NCBI GenBank assembly: GCA_965262715.1
Contig: OZ253553.1
Span: forward strand, 2,656,001-2,720,000
DNA: 64,000 nt
Direction of reading: 5' to 3'
Source of the DNA: Bdellovibrionales bacterium
Lineage (GTDB): Bacteria > Bdellovibrionota > Bdellovibrionia > Bdellovibrionales > JAUICD01
Position 1 is the stretch's first letter. Every line of letters begins with the position of its first letter. A model generated the notes under the pieces. The model did not search any database, was not told the origin of the DNA, and saw only the letters and a list, made by a program, of their open reading frames with translations. The position numbers and the translations under genes are program-made. Shown in pieces: positions 60,912 through 64,000 of the stretch.

Positions 60912-61703
60912 TCATTCTCTTCCTCCTCTTCTTGGTCTTCTCTGGCGTCTAGGGTTAGATGGTTCTTCATCTGCTTGGATCGTTTCAGTGCCTCCTATGT
61001 AATTGTTATGGCCATCAAGTGTATCTTTCGCACATTCATTAAGGTTTGTTGGACATGGACATAATTTTCCACTTGCAATGCCTGTAGAACAATTATACCC
61101 CGCAATGTCACAAATAAAGATATCTGTATTAACAGGTATACCATTAACAGAGCAATTTCGGACATTTGCATAACATAAATGTGTATCGCCGATGTTAAAT
61201 CCGTGGCGTCTTTGTTCCTCTCTAGTGAATATCTTAGCTCTCATAGGACCTATGTTCTGACAAGAAATATTGTTATCAACCCTCACCATTCTTACTCCAT
61301 TTCGATAACGGTTACGACCATCAATATTATCCCTAAAGCATTCCCTTGGATCTGTTGGGCACATACATCCACCATAAGTGCAAGGTCCAACATCGCACAT
61401 GACTGAAGCTTCATTTAGAGGTATGACATCAGAACCATGATTTATAGGTAAGCAATCTTGCACCGTTGCATAACATAATAGGTTTTGACCACTATTAAAA
61501 CCATGACGTCTTTGTTCTTCTCTGGTAAACCTTTTAACCCCTATAGGAGTTATGTATCTACAATTTTGAAGTTGAGCACTAAGTTGAGCACTAAGTTGTA
61601 TAGGTTGTATCAAAATTGAGCAGAAGATTTGAAAAGCTATAAAAGATATAAATACAGTGATATAGGAGATATAGGAAGAGTAAAAAATATATTTATTTTT
61701 CAC
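60912..61703 (-). CDS. Secreted Cys-rich protein with two repeated domains
   Basis: FTREEQRRHGFN...LCYA.V..C and C.CPT...EC..D..DG.N.Y each occur twice. Confidence 0.7.
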   Translation of the reverse strand: MKNKYIFYSSYISYITVFISFIAFQIFCSILIQPIQLSAQLSAQLQNCRYITPIGVKRFTREEQRRHGFNSGQNLLCYATVQDCLPINHGSDVIPLNEASVMCDVGPCTYGGCMCPTDPRECFRDNIDGRNRYRNGVRMVRVDNNISCQNIGPMRAKIFTREEQRRHGFNIGDTHLCYANVRNCSVNGIPVNTDIFICDIAGYNCSTGIASGKLCPCPTNLNECAKDTLDGHNNYIGGTETIQADEEPSNPRRQRRPRRGGRE

Positions 61704-61987
61704 AGATAGTCCTTAGTCTTTGTTTTAATGACTTAACTTAGATTCTTATCGATAGAAAGGAATAAAAACTTAAATAAAAATAAGAAATTGTGACTTGTTA
61801 TTAGACCGCTTCTAATACTACATTAGCAAGTTATTCAGTGTCATGATAAAGAAGGTACCAAAAGACTTTTCTGGGAGCACTTTGGGTATATATGAATTTT
61901 TAAAAGTTTATTAATAAAAAGATGGATTTGTGGAATCGTTGTTTTTATAATTTTTTTGAAGTTGTTGCAAGAACATTTAATTTAATG

Positions 61988-62146
61988 ATAATAGCTATGA
62001 CAGGTTTCTTCACTAGCAGCAGGCAACCCCCGTGCCTTGTATTCCTGTCATTTTATGATTTGATTATAGAATCGAATATTTTAGTGAAAGCTTTGTCTTC
62101 TAAGGCACTGGCCTGAGCTAGATCAGAAGCCTGTCATAGCTATTAT
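61988..62146 (+). other. ~160-nt rod-like inverted-repeat element (candidate ncRNA or MITE)
   Basis: 22-bp terminal IR with one G-T pair; nested CTAGC/GCTAG, CAGGC/GCCTG and GTGCCTT/AAGGCAC; apical ATTTGATT/AATCGAAT. Confidence 0.6.
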
Positions 62147-62225
62147 AGAGCAAGGTTTTGTGTAACGGCTCTATATTTTAATATAAAACCATTGGCTTGC
62201 CAATGAATGTAGTACTAATTATCCT

Positions 62226-62837
62226 TTATATCTCAACGCCTATTAGGATGATAGGTACAGCTGGAACTCCTCGTCCCTGACGAACAATATTGTATAATTC
62301 ACGTTCATAATAAGCTAGCCCAGAACTCATATTCTTTTGTAAAGACTTCATAGGGAGTATTTCAATACCAACATCAATTTTATCACTGACATAAAAGCTT
62401 AAGTGTTTCACAAACAGATCATAAGCTACAAAAGCATATTTACCAAATTGGACCTCAACTGCAATGCGATCTTTGATAAAATCTGTTTGATTGGAGCTAT
62501 TAATGGGAGTTTCACCAGATAATTCTATTTCTTTTTTTTGCTCATTTGTAGACATTGTAAGTGTTTTTCTAGTAAGCTTTTCACTTTTTGTAACCCAATA
62601 ACTGACTCGGCTTTCTTTCCATTGCCTTTTATTAAATAGTTTTTTAAATTCCTTATTTATTTCTTTTGGGTCATATAATATTTTTCCTTTTTTTGTTTTT
62701 TCTTTTGAAATTTTAGTTTTACATTTTTTTCCATCTACTAGAGATATAACTTCTTCTAATTCTTCCCAAAGTTTTTTTTTGTGAACAAGGATATATTCTT
62801 TACCGTTTAAGTGGGAATAAAATTCAGATATTTTCAT
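62226..62837 (-). CDS. BglII/BstYI-family type II restriction endonuclease
   Basis: QTDFIKDRIAVEVQFGKYAF and DVGIEILPMK motifs. Confidence 0.85.
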   Translation of the reverse strand: MKISEFYSHLNGKEYILVHKKKLWEELEEVISLVDGKKCKTKISKEKTKKGKILYDPKEINKEFKKLFNKRQWKESRVSYWVTKSEKLTRKTLTMSTNEQKKEIELSGETPINSSNQTDFIKDRIAVEVQFGKYAFVAYDLFVKHLSFYVSDKIDVGIEILPMKSLQKNMSSGLAYYERELYNIVRQGRGVPAVPIILIGVEI

Positions 62838-63790
62838 ACATTAGTGTTATTAAATAAACTTATTTGGTTAAGATGATTGTCATTTTTATGAGATGGCTTC
62901 TTTATCAAATTGGATTTTCCAGGATCATAAATAGGAGTATTCATTTGGCGAGTTTTTAATAAGCCATCTTTAAGTTCTTTAATCCTGTCACAAGTGATTT
63001 GAATGTATTTTTTATTTACTTCCGCTCCTATGGCTTTCCTTTTATGCTTAAGAGCAGCAATTATACTTGTACCCGAACCTAAAAAAGGATCTAAGACCCA
63101 ATCATTTTTGTTTGTCATAGAAAGCACTAAACGTTCTATTAGTTCAACAGGAAATTGACAAGGGTGATTTGTTTTTTCTACATGATTGTTTTTGACATTA
63201 GGTATGACCCATAAATCCCCAGGGTTTTTTCCTAAAGGATTACAGGAATATTGACCTGCTTTTGGGCCCTTAAAGTATTTCTTGCCTGGGTACTTCTGAG
63301 GAACTCTAACAGGGTCAAGATTAAAAATATAATCATCTGTTTTGGTAAACCAAACAATGGTTTCATATCTTCCTGAAAATCTTTTTGTGCAGTGCAAACC
63401 GTGTTCAAAATGCCATATAATACGGTTTCTCATTTTTAAGTTAAGAGATGTAAAGATAGGATTTAAAACTATATCTAAAGGAGTAATAGAACCATTATTG
63501 ATATAATTACCGACTTGCCAGCAAATACTGCCTTTTTTAGATAAAATGCGGGTGCACTCTTTAATCACCTGAGTTTGTTGTTGGATATAAGTGTCTAATT
63601 TGAGTTTATTTTCATACTCTTTCCCAATATTATAGGGAGGAGAAGTGACTATAAGCTGTATGGATTCATTAGGAACTTGTCTTAAAAGCTCAAGACAATC
63701 ACCAGGATAAAGCACCTTTTTTGAGTTTTTATTAAACTCAGAGTCAATATGGAGCTTCTTAAATGAACTTTTTAAATAAGAGGTTAACAT
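62834..63790 (-). CDS. Site-specific DNA methyltransferase (N4-C/N6-A, beta class)
   Basis: IVTSPPYNIG, HPCQFP and VLDPFLGSGT motifs; overlaps the REase start. Confidence 0.92.
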   Translation of the reverse strand: MLTSYLKSSFKKLHIDSEFNKNSKKVLYPGDCLELLRQVPNESIQLIVTSPPYNIGKEYENKLKLDTYIQQQTQVIKECTRILSKKGSICWQVGNYINNGSITPLDIVLNPIFTSLNLKMRNRIIWHFEHGLHCTKRFSGRYETIVWFTKTDDYIFNLDPVRVPQKYPGKKYFKGPKAGQYSCNPLGKNPGDLWVIPNVKNNHVEKTNHPCQFPVELIERLVLSMTNKNDWVLDPFLGSGTSIIAALKHKRKAIGAEVNKKYIQITCDRIKELKDGLLKTRQMNTPIYDPGKSNLIKKPSHKNDNHLNQISLFNNTNV

Positions 63791-64000
63791 TTGAGAAGGC
63801 TAACATATTCTTAGAATTGATGACAAGCTATTGCTTTAATAGAGGTTGATTATTATAAAATTTATTTTCAATACTAGCTTGCTCTCTCACCAAAGATTGC
63901 CTTTCTTGACGTTTTTGTTTGGCATATTGAAGATGTAATCTTTCTTGTCGTTGCTGTTCTTTTTTCATTTGTTCCTCATGTTTAATCTCTAGTCTTTCTT

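Noticed and set aside
1163..62116. Numerous 60-105 aa ORFs antisense to or overlapping larger genes
   Set aside because: No motifs or SD support; most are nested in well-supported genes

Overview
AT-rich bacterial chromosomal window, most likely Bdellovibrionota-like (inferred from a compact Agl-Glt gliding-motility cluster at 46.5-59.5 kb). Housekeeping genes (rtcB, asnC/asnB, mutT-like, dsbD, thiamine ABC transporter, cystathionine gamma-synthase/lyase, grxC, purM, kdsC) are mixed with accessory and defence loci. These include a nuclease-ATPase plus Schlafen cassette lying between rtcB and a partial rtcB duplicate, a GHKL kinase-STAS-PIN-STAS module, higBA, three Fic genes, an Rpn C-terminal remnant, an internally deleted cas12a with no array, and a BglII-like R-M pair. 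The most notable unannotated signal is a dispersed ~150-175 nt repeat (about 11 full or partial units). Its nested stems are kept by compensatory changes, with a conserved bulged A and GNRA loops in some copies, and every unit is co-oriented with the upstream gene. Other observations are a tandem family of secreted paralogs sharing a promoter, gene-specific palindromic operator arrays, and many pseudogene lesions or assembly indels. All family calls come from motif recognition by eye; no database searches were run.
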